Positions 20,434 through 31,573 of a stretch of DNA of 64,000 nucleotides are shown here, piece by piece. The translations under genes were made by a program, and so were the position numbers. Source of the DNA: Clostridium sp. CAG:440 (GTDB lineage: Bacteria > Bacillota > Clostridia > TANB77 > CAG-508); assembly GCA_000437215.1 (NCBI GenBank), contig FR898629.1:11547-75546 (forward strand), given 5' to 3'. Under the pieces are notes generated by a model. The model was not told where the DNA came from, did not search any database, and saw only the letters and a program-made list of their open reading frames with translations. Positions within the stretch are counted from its first letter, which is position 1. Every line of letters begins with the position of its first letter.

Positions 20434-21678
20434 ATGGAAAAAAGAGTAGTAATAACAGGAATGGGTGCTATAACTCCAATAGGAACAGATGTTTTTGAAA
20501 CATGGGAAGGAATAAAAAACAAAAAATGTGGAGTAAATGAAATTACTTTGTTTGATACAGCAACATTTAAAACAAAGTTAGATGCAGAAATAAAAAATTA
20601 TAATCCACAAGATTATTTTGACCAAAAGCAATCAAAAAGGTTAGATAGGTCATCTCAACTTGGAATTATAGCTGCAAGAGAAGCGGTAAAAGACAGTAAT
20701 ATTACAAAAGAAAATACTAATTTTGATAGAGTAGGAACTTTTGTAAGTTCTGGAATTGCAGGTTTAACAACAATTCAAGAACAATGTAAAATAAATTTTG
20801 AAAAAGGTAATAGAAGAGTTTCACCAATGTTTATTCCAATGGCAATTGCCAATATGCCTGCTGGAAATATAGCTATAGAATTTGGATTTAAAGGTGAATC
20901 AATTTCTGTTTTAACAGCATGTGCATCATCAACACATGCAATAGGAGAGGCATACAAAACTATAAAATTAGGTGCAGAAGATGTTATTATAGCAGGTGGA
21001 ACAGAAGCTGCAATTTGCGAAGTAGGAATTGCAGGTTTTGAAAATATGAAAGCATTATCATCATCTACTGATATTAATAGAGCTAGTATTCCATTTGATA
21101 AAGAAAGAAATGGTTTTGTAATGGGAGAAGGAGCTGGAATGCTTGTTTTAGAGGAATTAGAACATGCAAAAAAAAGAGGCGCTAAAATATATGGAGAAAT
21201 AATAGGCTATGGAGCAACAACAGACGCATACCATATAACATCACCATGTCCAGATGGAAAATGTAGTGCAAAAGCAATGGAAAGGGCAATTGCAGATGCA
21301 AAAATAACGTCAAAAGAAATTGATTATATAAATGCTCATGGAACATCAACACATTTAAATGATTCAACAGAAACAATGGCCATAAAAACAGTATTTAAAG
21401 ATAATATAAATAGATTAATGGTAAGCTCTACAAAGTCAAATACAGGGCATTTACTAGGTGCTGCTGGTGCTGTTGAAGCAATCCTTTGTGTAAAAGCAAT
21501 TGAAGATAGTATTGTACCTCCAACAATAAATTATAAAGAAAAAGACGAACAATGTGATTTAGACATTGTTCCAAATGAATTAAGAAATGCACAGTTAAAT
21601 ATTGTAATGTCAAACTCTTTAGGATTTGGAGGACATAATGCAAGTATTATAATAAAAAAATTTGAAGAGGAGAAATAA
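20434..21678 (+). CDS. fabF: 3-oxoacyl-ACP synthase II
   Basis: [14 protein letters not shown], active-site [22 protein letters not shown]. Confidence 0.95.
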   Translation: MEKRVVITGMGAITPIGTDVFETWEGIKNKKCGVNEITLFDTATFKTKLDAEIKNYNPQDYFDQKQSKRLDRSSQLGIIAAREAVKDSNITKENTNFDRVGTFVSSGIAGLTTIQEQCKINFEKGNRRVSPMFIPMAIANMPAGNIAIEFGFKGESISVLTACASSTHAIGEAYKTIKLGAEDVIIAGGTEAAICEVGIAGFENMKALSSSTDINRASIPFDKERNGFVMGEGAGMLVLEELEHAKKRGAKIYGEIIGYGATTDAYHITSPCPDGKCSAKAMERAIADAKITSKEIDYINAHGTSTHLNDSTETMAIKTVFKDNINRLMVSSTKSNTGHLLGAAGAVEAILCVKAIEDSIVPPTINYKEKDEQCDLDIVPNELRNAQLNIVMSNSLGFGGHNASIIIKKFEEEK

Positions 21679-21680
21679 AA

Positions 21681-22112
21681 ATGGAATATGATAAAATAAA
21701 ACAGCTAATGGAAGATATGGGGAATTCTAAATTATCATCAATTGATATAGACTTTCCAGACGGAACAAAAATTAGCATGAAAAAAGAGCTTTTGGCCCCA
21801 AATGTAGTGATAACTAGTAATGATGATAAAGAAGAAAATGTACAAACTAAACAAACCAAAGAAGATGAAAGTGAAAATTTAAAGCTTGTAACATCTCCAA
21901 TGGTTGGAACGTTTTATATTAAACCTTCTCCAACATCTAAACCTTATGTAGAAAAAGGGGATTACGTAAAAAAGGGAGATACACTTTGTATAGTAGAAGC
22001 AATGAAATTAATGAATGAAATAGAGTCAGAATTTGATGGTGAAATTTATGAAATTTATGTAAAAGATGGTGAGCCTGTAGAATATGGGCAAAAATTGTTC
22101 TCTCTTAAATAG
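21681..22112 (+). CDS. accB: Acetyl-CoA carboxylase biotin carboxyl carrier protein
   Basis: Biotinylation motif [13 protein letters not shown] near the C-terminus. Confidence 0.9.
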   Translation: MEYDKIKQLMEDMGNSKLSSIDIDFPDGTKISMKKELLAPNVVITSNDDKEENVQTKQTKEDESENLKLVTSPMVGTFYIKPSPTSKPYVEKGDYVKKGDTLCIVEAMKLMNEIESEFDGEIYEIYVKDGEPVEYGQKLFSLK

Positions 22113-22164
22113 TAATTTAATATATAATTAAACTAAAAAGAAAAGATCATTGAAGGAGGAAAGA

Positions 22165-22591
22165 ATGTTAAACAAAGAAGAAATAAAAAAAATTATACCA
22201 CAAAGAGAACCATTTTTAATGATAGATGAAGTAGAAGAATTTGTGCCAGGTAAAATGGCTATAGCATATAAAAATGTTGATGAAAATGAATGGTATTTTA
22301 AAGGACATTTCCCAGGTAATCCTATCATGCCAGGAGTACTAATTGCTGAATCTTTAGCTCAGGCAGGAGCAGTTGCAATATTAAGCCAAGAAGAAAATAC
22401 AGGTAAAAATGCTTTATTTGGTGGAATTGATAAAATGAAATTTAAAAAAATGGTTGTTCCAGGAGATAAATTAAAATTAGAAGTAAAAATAATAAAGAAA
22501 AAAGGACCTATAGGAGTAGGAGAAGGAATAGCAACAGTAAATCGGAAAACTAGCTGCCAAAGGTGAATTTACATTTGCCGTTATAGACTAA
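22165..22591 (+). CDS. fabZ: 3-hydroxyacyl-ACP dehydratase FabZ; last ~15 codons out of frame because of an extra C at 22543
   Basis: PQREPFLMIDEV...FKGHFPGNPIMPGVL. Skipping C22543 restores the canonical C-terminus ATVNGKLAAKGEFTFAVID with a stop at 22589-22591. Confidence 0.9.
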
Positions 22592-22609
22592 AAAAGGAGG
22601 TAATTTTAA

Positions 22610-23962
22610 TTGAACAAAATATTAATTGCAAATCGTGGAGAAATAGCTGTTCGTATAATTAGAGCCTGTAAAGAAATGAATATAAAAACAGTTGCCATAT
22701 ATTCTACAGCAGATAAAGATGCATTACATACTCGTTTAGCAGATGAAGCAATATGTATAGGGCCGGCAAATTCTAAAGATAGCTATTTAAATATAAAAAA
22801 TATAATAGAAGCGGCCAATATAACAAAAGCAGATAGTATTCATCCAGGTTTTGGCTTTTTATCTGAAAATTCAAGATTTGCTAAAATATGTGAAGAATCA
22901 AATATAAAATTTATTGGACCAAAATCAGATGTTATAGATTTATTAGGAAATAAGTCTAATAGCAAAAAATTAATGAAGGAAGAAGGAATTCCTGTTATTT
23001 TAGGTTCTAATGGAAGTATAAAAGACTTAAAAGAAGCAGCAACTATTTGTAAAAAAATAGGCTATCCAGTTTTACTAAAGGCAGCAGCAGGCGGAGGAGG
23101 AAAAGGTATTAGAATAGTAAACTCTGCAAAGGAACTTGAACAAAATTATAACATAGTAAAACAAGAAGCAAAAAATTCATTTAATGATGATGAAATTTAT
23201 ATAGAAAAATATATAAAAAATCCAAGACATGTTGAAATACAAATTTTAGCAGACGAACATGGAAATGTAGTACATTTAGGTGAAAGAGATTGCTCTATAC
23301 AAAGAAATCATCAAAAAATATTAGAAGAAACACCATCTACAATTGTTGATGAAAAATTAAGAACTAAAATGGGAAATGCAGCAATTAAAGCTGCTAAAGT
23401 TGCTGGCTATACAAGCTGTGGTACTGTGGAATTTTTAGTAGATAGTGATAAAAACTTCTATTTTATGGAAATGAATACAAGAATTCAAGTAGAACACCCA
23501 ATAACAGAAATGAGAACAGGAATTGATTTAGTAAAAGAGCAAATTAGAATTGCCGGTGGAGAAAAATTAAAATTTAAACAAAAAGACATAGAATTTAAAG
23601 GCCATTCTTTAGAATGTAGAATAAATGCAGAAAATCCTAGTAAAAATTTTAGACCATCACCAGGTAAAATAAATGAAATAAATCTTCCAGGTGGAAATGG
23701 TGTAAGAATTGACACTGCAATATATAGTGGTTATACAATTCCTTCTAACTATGATTCAATGATTGCAAAAATAATTACTTTAGGTTCTAACCGAAATGAA
23801 GCAATTAGTAAAATGAAAAGAGCATTAGAAGAGTTGGTTATTGACGGAATAGATACAAACAGAGATTTTCTTTTAAGTATAATAAAAAATCCTAATTTTA
23901 TAAGAGGAAATTTTGATACATCTTTTATTGAAAAAGAAATGCTAAAAGGAGAGACCAAATAA
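22610..23962 (+). CDS. accC: Acetyl-CoA carboxylase biotin carboxylase subunit
   Basis: KILIANRGEIAVRIIRACKEM, the ATP-grasp segment GGGGKGIR, and EMNTRIQVEHPITE. TTG start after an AGGAGG RBS. Confidence 0.95.
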   Translation: MNKILIANRGEIAVRIIRACKEMNIKTVAIYSTADKDALHTRLADEAICIGPANSKDSYLNIKNIIEAANITKADSIHPGFGFLSENSRFAKICEESNIKFIGPKSDVIDLLGNKSNSKKLMKEEGIPVILGSNGSIKDLKEAATICKKIGYPVLLKAAAGGGGKGIRIVNSAKELEQNYNIVKQEAKNSFNDDEIYIEKYIKNPRHVEIQILADEHGNVVHLGERDCSIQRNHQKILEETPSTIVDEKLRTKMGNAAIKAAKVAGYTSCGTVEFLVDSDKNFYFMEMNTRIQVEHPITEMRTGIDLVKEQIRIAGGEKLKFKQKDIEFKGHSLECRINAENPSKNFRPSPGKINEINLPGGNGVRIDTAIYSGYTIPSNYDSMIAKIITLGSNRNEAISKMKRALEELVIDGIDTNRDFLLSIIKNPNFIRGNFDTSFIEKEMLKGETK

Positions 23963-24826
23963 TGATAGTAGATAAAATTGTAAAAAGAGAAAATAATAAT
24001 TTAAAAAATAAAAAGTCAAAAATTGATATACCTGTTGGAAAATGGATAAAATGCGAGGCTTGCAAAGAAATATTGTATAAAGAAAGTGTAAGGGAAAATT
24101 ATAGCATATGCCCTAATTGTGGCCATTACTTTAGAATGCATATTAATAAAAGATTGGAATCTACAATAGATGAAGGAACATATAAAAGATTTAATTTAAA
24201 TTTAGATACTGTAAATCCTCTAAATTTAGAAGATTATCCTAAAAAATTAAAAGTTCTAAGAGAAAAAACAAAAATAGAAGAAGCAGTAGCATGTGGTACC
24301 GGAAAAATAAATGGAGAAGATGTTGTTATATGTGTCATGGACAGTGGATTTATGATGGGCAGTATGGGAGCTGTTGTAGGTGAAAAAATTACATATAGTA
24401 TAGAACAAGCAATAAAATTAAAATTACCATTTATTATGTTTGCTGTTTCTGGTGGTGCTAGAATGCAAGAAGGTATAATTTCACTTATGCAAATGGCAAA
24501 AACAACAGCTGCATTGACAAAACTAGATAATGCACGGACTTTTATATATATCTATATTAACTGACCCAACATATGGAGGTGTTACAGCATCATTTGCAAG
24601 TTTGGGAGATATTATACTTGCTGAGCCAGGAGCAATGATAGGATTTGCGGGAAAAAGAGTAATAGAGCAAACAATTGGAGAAAAATTACCAGAAGGTTTC
24701 CAAACTGCAGAATTTTTATTAGAACATGGCTTTATTGATAAAATTGTAAAAAGAGAGGAAATGAAAGAAACTCTTTACAAATTAATTATGTATCATAAAG
24801 GAGGTAAAAGCAATGGAAGAAAATAA
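23962..24826 (+). CDS. accD: Acetyl-CoA carboxylase carboxyltransferase beta subunit; frame-broken by an extra C at 24535
   Basis: Zinc ribbon [10 protein letters not shown]...CPNCGHYFR. The two overlapping ORFs (23962-24564 and 24530-24826) join as ...[26 protein letters not shown] when C24535 is skipped. Confidence 0.9.
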
Positions 24827-25625
24827 AATATCAGCATGGGAAAGGGTAGAAATTGCAAGAAATCCAAAAAGAAAAACCTCACTTGATTATATATATAGTA
24901 TTTTTGATGAATTTATAGAATTGCACGGTGATAGAAATTTCAAAGATGATAAAGCTATAGTATGTGGTCTTGGCAAAATAGATAATCAAAATTTTACAAT
25001 AATTGCAGAACAAAAGGGAAGAACAACTAAAGAAAATATAGAAAGAAATTTTGGTATGCCAAACCCAGAAAGCTATAGGAAAGCTATTAGATTTATGAAA
25101 CAAGCACAAAAATTTGGAAGACCTATTATTACTTTTATAGATACCAAAGGAGCATACCCTGGAATTGAGGCCGAGCAAAGAGGTCAAGGCGAAGCTATTG
25201 CAAAATCAATGTTTGAAATGGCAAAGCTAGAAGTTCCTATAATTTCAATTGTAATAGGTGAGGGTTCTTCTGGTGGAGCTCTAGCAATTGGGGTAGCAAA
25301 TAAAATTTTTATGCTTGAAAATGCAATTTATTCAATATTATCGCCAGAAGGTTATAGCAGTATTTTATGGAAAGATTCAAGCAGATTTAAAGAAGCGGCA
25401 GAAAAAATGAAACTAACAGCACATGATTTATATGATTTAAAAGTTATAGACAAAATTATAGAAGAGCCAATTAAAATGAATAAAGAAGATTTTATAGAAG
25501 TCTCAAAAAATATAAAATATGAAATACTAAATGAAATTGCTACAATGCAAAAAATGACTAAAGAACAAATTGTTCAAGATAGATATGATAAATTTAGAAA
25601 TATAAGTTATTTTAAGGAAATTTAA
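24813..25625 (+). CDS. accA: Acetyl-CoA carboxylase carboxyltransferase alpha subunit
   Basis: [23 protein letters not shown]...[10 protein letters not shown]. Confidence 0.95.
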   Translation: MEENKISAWERVEIARNPKRKTSLDYIYSIFDEFIELHGDRNFKDDKAIVCGLGKIDNQNFTIIAEQKGRTTKENIERNFGMPNPESYRKAIRFMKQAQKFGRPIITFIDTKGAYPGIEAEQRGQGEAIAKSMFEMAKLEVPIISIVIGEGSSGGALAIGVANKIFMLENAIYSILSPEGYSSILWKDSSRFKEAAEKMKLTAHDLYDLKVIDKIIEEPIKMNKEDFIEVSKNIKYEILNEIATMQKMTKEQIVQDRYDKFRNISYFKEI

Positions 25626-25635
25626 GGAGGAAAAA

Positions 25636-26406
25636 ATGTTAAAAAATAAAACAATATTAATAATGGGAATAAGAAATAAGTGGAGTATTGCTTTTGGAAT
25701 TGCAAAATCAGCATATGAAAATGGTGCAAAATTAATATTTACATATATGGGGGAAGAAAATAAAGAAAAAATAGAAGATTTAATATCTGAATTTAAAGGA
25801 AGTAAAGCATATGTATTAGATGGAGCTTCTGAAGACGAATTAGTTAGAAATGTTTTTACAAAAATAAAAAAAGAAAATGGGAAAATTGACGGTTTAGTAC
25901 ATGCTATAGCACATGCAAATACTGAAGATTTACACAATGACTTCATATACACAAGTAAAGAAGGTTATAGCCATGCTGTAGACGTAAGCGCATATTCTTT
26001 TGTTTTAGCTGCAAGAATTGCAAAGGAAATAGATTTATTAAATGAAAATGCAAGTTTAGTTACATTAACATATCATGGCTCAACTAAAGTTTTAGAAGGC
26101 TATAATGTAATGGGAATTGCTAAAGCAGCTTTAGAAGCAAGTGTTAGATATTTAGCAGAAAACTTAGGAAAAGAAAAAATAAGAGTAAATGCTGTTTCTG
26201 CAGGACCTATAAAAACATTATCTGCAAAAGGAATTAAAGATTTTTCATCAATATTAACTGTTGTAGAAGAAAAAGCTCCATTACATCAAAATGTAACAAC
26301 AACACAAGTAGGAAATGTTGCAACATTTTTATTAAGTAACATGTCAGATTGTATAACAGGTCAAGTTATATATGCAGATAGCGGATATAACATAATGGGA
26401 ATTTAA
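25636..26406 (+). CDS. fabI: Enoyl-ACP reductase (FabI type)
   Basis: KTILIMGIRNKWSIAFGIAK...Y..MG.AKAALE...NAVSAGPIKTL. Confidence 0.9.
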   Translation: MLKNKTILIMGIRNKWSIAFGIAKSAYENGAKLIFTYMGEENKEKIEDLISEFKGSKAYVLDGASEDELVRNVFTKIKKENGKIDGLVHAIAHANTEDLHNDFIYTSKEGYSHAVDVSAYSFVLAARIAKEIDLLNENASLVTLTYHGSTKVLEGYNVMGIAKAALEASVRYLAENLGKEKIRVNAVSAGPIKTLSAKGIKDFSSILTVVEEKAPLHQNVTTTQVGNVATFLLSNMSDCITGQVIYADSGYNIMGI

Positions 26407-26412
26407 AAATAT

Positions 26413-26440
26413 TTGAATTATCTTTAAAATGTGCTATAAT
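26413..26440 (+). promoter_or_regulatory. Sigma-A type promoter (extended -10)
   Basis: TTGAAT, a 16-nt spacer and TGcTATAAT upstream of the 26483 CDS. Confidence 0.5.
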
Positions 26441-26482
26441 ACAATATATAAAAAATTATTGTATTATAGGAGATGTATTACA

Positions 26483-27665
26483 ATGAAAGTAAAACTAACG
26501 TCTGAAGATGAAGAAAAAATATATGAATTATATAAAAATGGAATTAGTATGAAAAATATAGCAAATCAATATGGAACATCTTTTAATAAAATTTCCAAAA
26601 CTATAAATAATTATTGCTTTACTCATAATGTTCCAAAACCAATACCATTACAAGAAAGAAAAACAAAACAACTTCCTTTAAAAACTATTATTGAAAGAAT
26701 TAACAATGGAGAATATATATCAAAGCTTGCAAAGGAATATTTTGTTTCTTTTTCTATTTTAAAAAAAGCTCTTTTAAATGATGAAGAAGGAAAAAAATTA
26801 TTTTATTATGATGCAGAAAAATGTTCATATTTTCTAATTTCGGCCCAAAATAAAAAAAAGGAATTTAATTTGAAAGAAATTGTAAATGCTTACCAAAACA
26901 ATCGTTTAGAAGATTTTGCAAAAGAAAATAATGTATCTACATCAACCTTAAGAAATAGGCTAAGAGAAAATTATGGATATGATTATTTTAAAAAATTAAT
27001 GAAAAATGATAATAATAAAAAAATGGTTCAGTTATATGAAAATGGATTTAGTATAAATCAAATTGCAAAAAACTTACGGACTAAGTGCAGACTATACAAA
27101 AAGAGAAATAAATAGATATTATTCAGATAGAAATATGATAAAACCCAAAATTGCCAATAAGGCAGCCGTTTTTGGGTTATTAAAATCGGGGAAAAGCCTT
27201 GAAACAATTATTGAAGAGGCAAAAAGCCAAAACTGTCATATTCCAGATGCATATATTCAAGAATATTTAAATAAAACCGGAGAGATTGATATAACTCAAA
27301 TTAAAAAAATTGTAAACAAGCAATTAGTAAAATTATCAAATGAGGGAAATAACCCAGATTATATTGCACCATTTGATTTTGCAAATATGATTAAATCTAA
27401 AGGACACAATACAAAATATCAAGCAGTTGCATTATTATATAAATTAATAAAAGACAATAATTTAGATTTTAAAGAAACTTTAAGTAATATAAATAATGAA
27501 GAAATAACATCTGCCTTAAATATTTTATTAAATACAAATAATGCCTCTAAAAAAGAACACATGGATTTAATTAATAACAATAATTTAGCTTTAACCATAT
27601 TTAGTGAAGAACAACAAGAAGAAAAAGAAAAAGCAAATGAAGATGATTCAATATTATTAAAATAA
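26483..27665 (+). CDS. Hypothetical protein built of repeated helix-turn-helix modules; frame-broken by an extra C at 27077
   Basis: ATG 26483 follows a GGAG RBS. At least four or five similar modules are present (YKNGISMKNIANQYGTSFNKISKTINNY; NGEYISKLAKEYFVSFSILKKAL; NNRLEDFAKENNVSTSTLRNRL; YENGFSINQIAKNL-GLSADYTKREINRYY). The ORFs 26429-27115 and 27063-27665 join when C27077 is skipped. Confidence 0.5.
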
Positions 27666-27728
27666 ATTCTTGTTATTTATAAAATAATTTGATATACTTA
27701 TATTATTAAAAAATTAAGAGGTGAAAAA

Positions 27729-29060
27729 ATGTCAAAACCAATAGTAGCAATAATAGGAAAACCAAATGTAGGAAAATCTACTTTTTTTAACTATTTAGCA
27801 GGAAGTAGAATATCAATTGTAGAAGATACTCCAGGAGTCACAAGAGACAGAATATATGCAGACACAAACTGGAGAGGTAGAAATTTTACACTAATTGATA
27901 CAGGAGGAATAGAACCAGAATCTGAAGATATTATATTATCTCAAATGCGTGAACAAGCCAATCTTGCAATATCAATGGCAAATGTTATTGTATTTGTTAC
28001 AGATATCAGGCAAGGGGTAACTGCAGCTGACAGAGAAATTGCTTTAATGTTAAAAAAATCTGGAAAACCAATTGTACTTGTTTGCAATAAAGCAGATAAT
28101 TTTGAAAAAGATAGAGAAGAAATATACGAGTTTTATAATCTAGGACTAGGAGATCCATTTCCAATTTCTGCATCAAATGCATTAGGAATAGGAGATGTAT
28201 TAGATGAAATTTACAAAGACTTTCCAGAAAAAGAAGATGGGGAAGATGATGATACAACAATAAAAGTAGCAATAATAGGGAAACCAAATGTAGGGAAATC
28301 ATCTTTAATAAATAAGCTTTTAGGTGAAAACAGGGCAATTGTAAGTGATATAGCAGGTACAACAAGAGATGCAATAGATACCAATCTAGAAAATGAATAC
28401 GGAAAGTATGTATTTATTGATACAGCAGGTATTAGAAGAAAAAGCAAAGTAAAAGAATCTATAGAAAAATTTAGTATAATGAGAACACTTCTTGCTGTTG
28501 AAAGAGCAGATGTTTGTCTTATGATGATAGATGCATTAGAAGGTGTTACAGATCAAGATGCAAAAATTGCAGGAGAAGCACATGAAGCAGGAAAAGGTAT
28601 AATAATCGTAGTTAATAAATGGGATGAATATGAAAAAGAAACTGGAACCTTAGAAAAATATAAAAAAGAGATTTATAACAAGCTTTCTTATTTATCTTAT
28701 GCTCCAATAATATTTATATCTGCCAAAACAGGTCAAAGAGTTAACAAGTTATTTGACTTGATTAATTTTGTTGCAGAACAAAACGCATTAAGAGTTTCTA
28801 CGTCTGTATTAAATCAAGTTATAAATGAGGCAATTGCAATTGTTCAACCTCCAACAGATAAAGGAAAAAGACTTAAAATATTCTATGCAACACAGGCAAG
28901 TACAAAGCCACCAACATTTGTTATATTTGTAAATAATAAAGAACTATTCCATTTTTCTTATGAACGTTATTTAGTAAATAATATAAGAAAAGAATTTGGC
29001 TTAGAAGGTACACCTGTTAGAGTTATAGTTAGAGAAAAAACAGAAAAGGGAGGTATGTAA
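27729..29060 (+). CDS. der: Ribosome-associated GTPase Der (EngA)
   Basis: Two G domains (GKPNVGKST and GKPNVGKSS; DTGG and DTAG; NKAD and NKWD) plus a KH-like C-terminus. Confidence 0.95.
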   Translation: MSKPIVAIIGKPNVGKSTFFNYLAGSRISIVEDTPGVTRDRIYADTNWRGRNFTLIDTGGIEPESEDIILSQMREQANLAISMANVIVFVTDIRQGVTAADREIALMLKKSGKPIVLVCNKADNFEKDREEIYEFYNLGLGDPFPISASNALGIGDVLDEIYKDFPEKEDGEDDDTTIKVAIIGKPNVGKSSLINKLLGENRAIVSDIAGTTRDAIDTNLENEYGKYVFIDTAGIRRKSKVKESIEKFSIMRTLLAVERADVCLMMIDALEGVTDQDAKIAGEAHEAGKGIIIVVNKWDEYEKETGTLEKYKKEIYNKLSYLSYAPIIFISAKTGQRVNKLFDLINFVAEQNALRVSTSVLNQVINEAIAIVQPPTDKGKRLKIFYATQASTKPPTFVIFVNNKELFHFSYERYLVNNIRKEFGLEGTPVRVIVREKTEKGGM

Positions 29061-29061
29061 T

Positions 29062-29721
29062 ATGCTAACAATTTGTATACTTATTGCAATTATTGCGTAT
29101 TTAATAGGAAGTATAAATTTTTCAGTAATATTAAGTAAAAAAATGGCTGGATTTGATGTAAGGCAAAAGGGAAGCGGAAATGCAGGAACAACAAATATGC
29201 TTCGTTCTGTTGGAAAAAAAGCTGCTGCAATTACTTTAATATGTGACATATTAAAAGGTGTGGTTTCAATAGGTATTGCTATTTTAGTTGGATATTTGTT
29301 TAATGCACAAAATAAATCTATTTTAGTTCAAATAGCTGCAATAGCTGTTGTTATAGGACATACATTTCCAATATTTTTTGGCTTTAAAGGCGGTAAAGGA
29401 GTTGCAACTTCACTAGGAGTATTAATAATGACTAATTGGCAAATTGGATTAATTTGTTTAGCAATAGCAATTATTATAATGGCAATTACTAAAATGGTTT
29501 CACTTGGTTCATGTATGGCAGCCATAGCATTTCCATTACTTACATATTTTGCAGCAAACATTTTTGAAAATGCATATATAGTTAAAGAAGGAAGCAGCTA
29601 TTTTGTTTATAGTATTATTCTTGCAGTTATTGTTTTATTTAATCATAGAAGCAATATAAAAAGAATAATAACTGGGAAGGAAAATAAATTAAGCTTTAAA
29701 AAAGAAAGGACAAAAGAATAA
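29062..29721 (+). CDS. plsY: Acyl-phosphate:glycerol-3-phosphate acyltransferase
   Basis: GSGNAGTTN...GHTFPIFFGFKGGKGVAT. Confidence 0.95.
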   Translation: MLTICILIAIIAYLIGSINFSVILSKKMAGFDVRQKGSGNAGTTNMLRSVGKKAAAITLICDILKGVVSIGIAILVGYLFNAQNKSILVQIAAIAVVIGHTFPIFFGFKGGKGVATSLGVLIMTNWQIGLICLAIAIIIMAITKMVSLGSCMAAIAFPLLTYFAANIFENAYIVKEGSSYFVYSIILAVIVLFNHRSNIKRIITGKENKLSFKKERTKE

Positions 29722-30707
29722 TGAAAAATATAGCAATAATAGGTAGCGGAAGTTGGGGAGTAGCACTTGCTATTCATCTAGCCAAGCTTGGAAATAACAT
29801 AAAAATTTGGTCATTTATGGAAGAAGAAAGAGATTTAATTAACAATGAACATAAATGTAAGTTTTTACCTAATATAACATTACCAAAAAATATTACATGC
29901 TCAACAGATTATAAAGAAGTAATAGATAAAAGCAGTTTTATATTGCATGTTACACCTTCAAAATTTACTAGGTCAACATTTAAACAATACAAAGAATATG
30001 TTCAAAATAAGCCAATAATCATATGTTCAAAAGGATTTGAAAAAGATAGCTTAAAAACATTAGATGAAGTTATATTAGAAGAAATGCCTAATGCTAAAAT
30101 TGGTGTATTATCAGGTCCAAGCCATGCAGAAGAAGTATGTATTTCAATTCCTACTGTTTTAGTATGTGCTTCAAAACATCAAGATATTTTAAAAGAAATA
30201 CAAGATACCTTTATGTGTGATCATATGAGAATTTATACATCAAATGATGTAAAAGGTGTAGAACTTGGAGGAGCATTAAAAAATATAATTGCATTTTGTG
30301 CAGGAGTTGCAGCTGGAATTGGATTAGGAGATAATACCTTCGCAGCATTAATAACTAGGGGATTAAGTGAACTTGCACGTTTAGGAATAGAACTTGGAGG
30401 AGAAAGAGAAACATTTTATGGACTTAGTGGCTTAGGTGATTTAATTGTAACTTGTTTGAGTGAACACAGTAGAAACAGAAAAGCAGGAAAACTAATTGGA
30501 CAAGGAAAATCATTAGAGGAAACTAAGCAAGAAGTTGGAATGGTTATAGAAAGTATTGACAATATTGATGTAGCATATGAACTTGGAAAAATACACAACA
30601 TTCCAATGCCAATAGTAGAAACTGTATATAAAGTTATATATAAAAATCTTGATCCAAAAAAAGCAGTTTTAGAGTTAATGAATAGAGATAAAAAATACGA
30701 AGACTAA
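29721..30707 (+). CDS. gpsA: NAD(P)H-dependent glycerol-3-phosphate dehydrogenase
   Basis: IAIIGSGSWGVALA...GALKNIIAF..G...GLGDN...GLGDLIVTC.S..SRN. Confidence 0.95.
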   Translation: MKNIAIIGSGSWGVALAIHLAKLGNNIKIWSFMEEERDLINNEHKCKFLPNITLPKNITCSTDYKEVIDKSSFILHVTPSKFTRSTFKQYKEYVQNKPIIICSKGFEKDSLKTLDEVILEEMPNAKIGVLSGPSHAEEVCISIPTVLVCASKHQDILKEIQDTFMCDHMRIYTSNDVKGVELGGALKNIIAFCAGVAAGIGLGDNTFAALITRGLSELARLGIELGGERETFYGLSGLGDLIVTCLSEHSRNRKAGKLIGQGKSLEETKQEVGMVIESIDNIDVAYELGKIHNIPMPIVETVYKVIYKNLDPKKAVLELMNRDKKYED

Positions 30708-30768
30708 CATATGTATAATAATATAAAAATTCCATATAATAGTAGAAAACTAAAGGAGGTACTATTGC

Positions 30769-31179
30769 ATGGAATTTTTTAATAAAATAAGTGAAAAAGC
30801 AAGCACTGCATATAAAGTAACAGCTGCTAAAACAGGAAAACTTGCAAAAGAAGCTAAACTAAAATTAAAAATGAGTAATCTAAAATCACAAATAAATGAT
30901 ATTTATTTAGATATTGGAGCAAAAATTTATGAAAAACATTTATTAAAAGAAGATATAAACATAAAAAATGATTTAGAAGAAGAATGCACCAAAATAGATA
31001 TTTTAACAAATCAAATAGAAGAGATTCTAAATGAGTGTTTAGAATTAAATAATAAAAAACAATGTTTAAAATGTTTTGCCAAAATTGATAAAGATTGTAA
31101 ATTTTGTCCAGAATGTGGTACAAAACAGGAGGACACCTCAAACATTGATAAAATAACACCAATAGAAAAGGAACTGTAA
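30769..31179 (+). CDS. Zinc-ribbon domain protein (hypothetical)
   Basis: Coiled-coil N-terminal part, then CLKC...CKFCPECG. An AGGAGG RBS precedes the start. Confidence 0.5.
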   Translation: MEFFNKISEKASTAYKVTAAKTGKLAKEAKLKLKMSNLKSQINDIYLDIGAKIYEKHLLKEDINIKNDLEEECTKIDILTNQIEEILNECLELNNKKQCLKCFAKIDKDCKFCPECGTKQEDTSNIDKITPIEKEL

Positions 31180-31193
31180 TATAACAGTTTCTT

Positions 31194-31475
31194 TTAATAT
31201 GGAAATCTTTCATATAGGTATTTTATTATATCATCTGCATTTTTATTAGTAATTTTTATTAAAACTCCTTCATCCAAACAAATCCACATACTTATATTAT
31301 AGTTATCATTATTATCTATATATGCTCCCACAAGCTCAGCAATTTCAACAGGATTATTAAAATCTTTTTCCCAACTGTTATCATCGGTTATTTTTAAATT
31401 ATTATTATAAAATTTGCTTAAAAAATTATTAAGTTCGCCTTTATTTTTACTATACAAATTAACAAAAGCCACCAT
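31194..31475 (-). CDS. Hypothetical small acidic protein
   Basis: 93-aa ORF with GGAGAAAAAAA upstream. No family recognised. Confidence 0.4.
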   Translation of the reverse strand: MVAFVNLYSKNKGELNNFLSKFYNNNLKITDDNSWEKDFNNPVEIAELVGAYIDNNDNYNISMWICLDEGVLIKITNKNADDIIKYLYERFPY

Positions 31476-31573
31476 TTTTTTCTCCTAAAAATATAATTAT
31501 ATTATTATTATAGAATAATTTTTTTTAATTATACAAAGAATATTATTACAATTAACATATTGGAGGAAATTAA

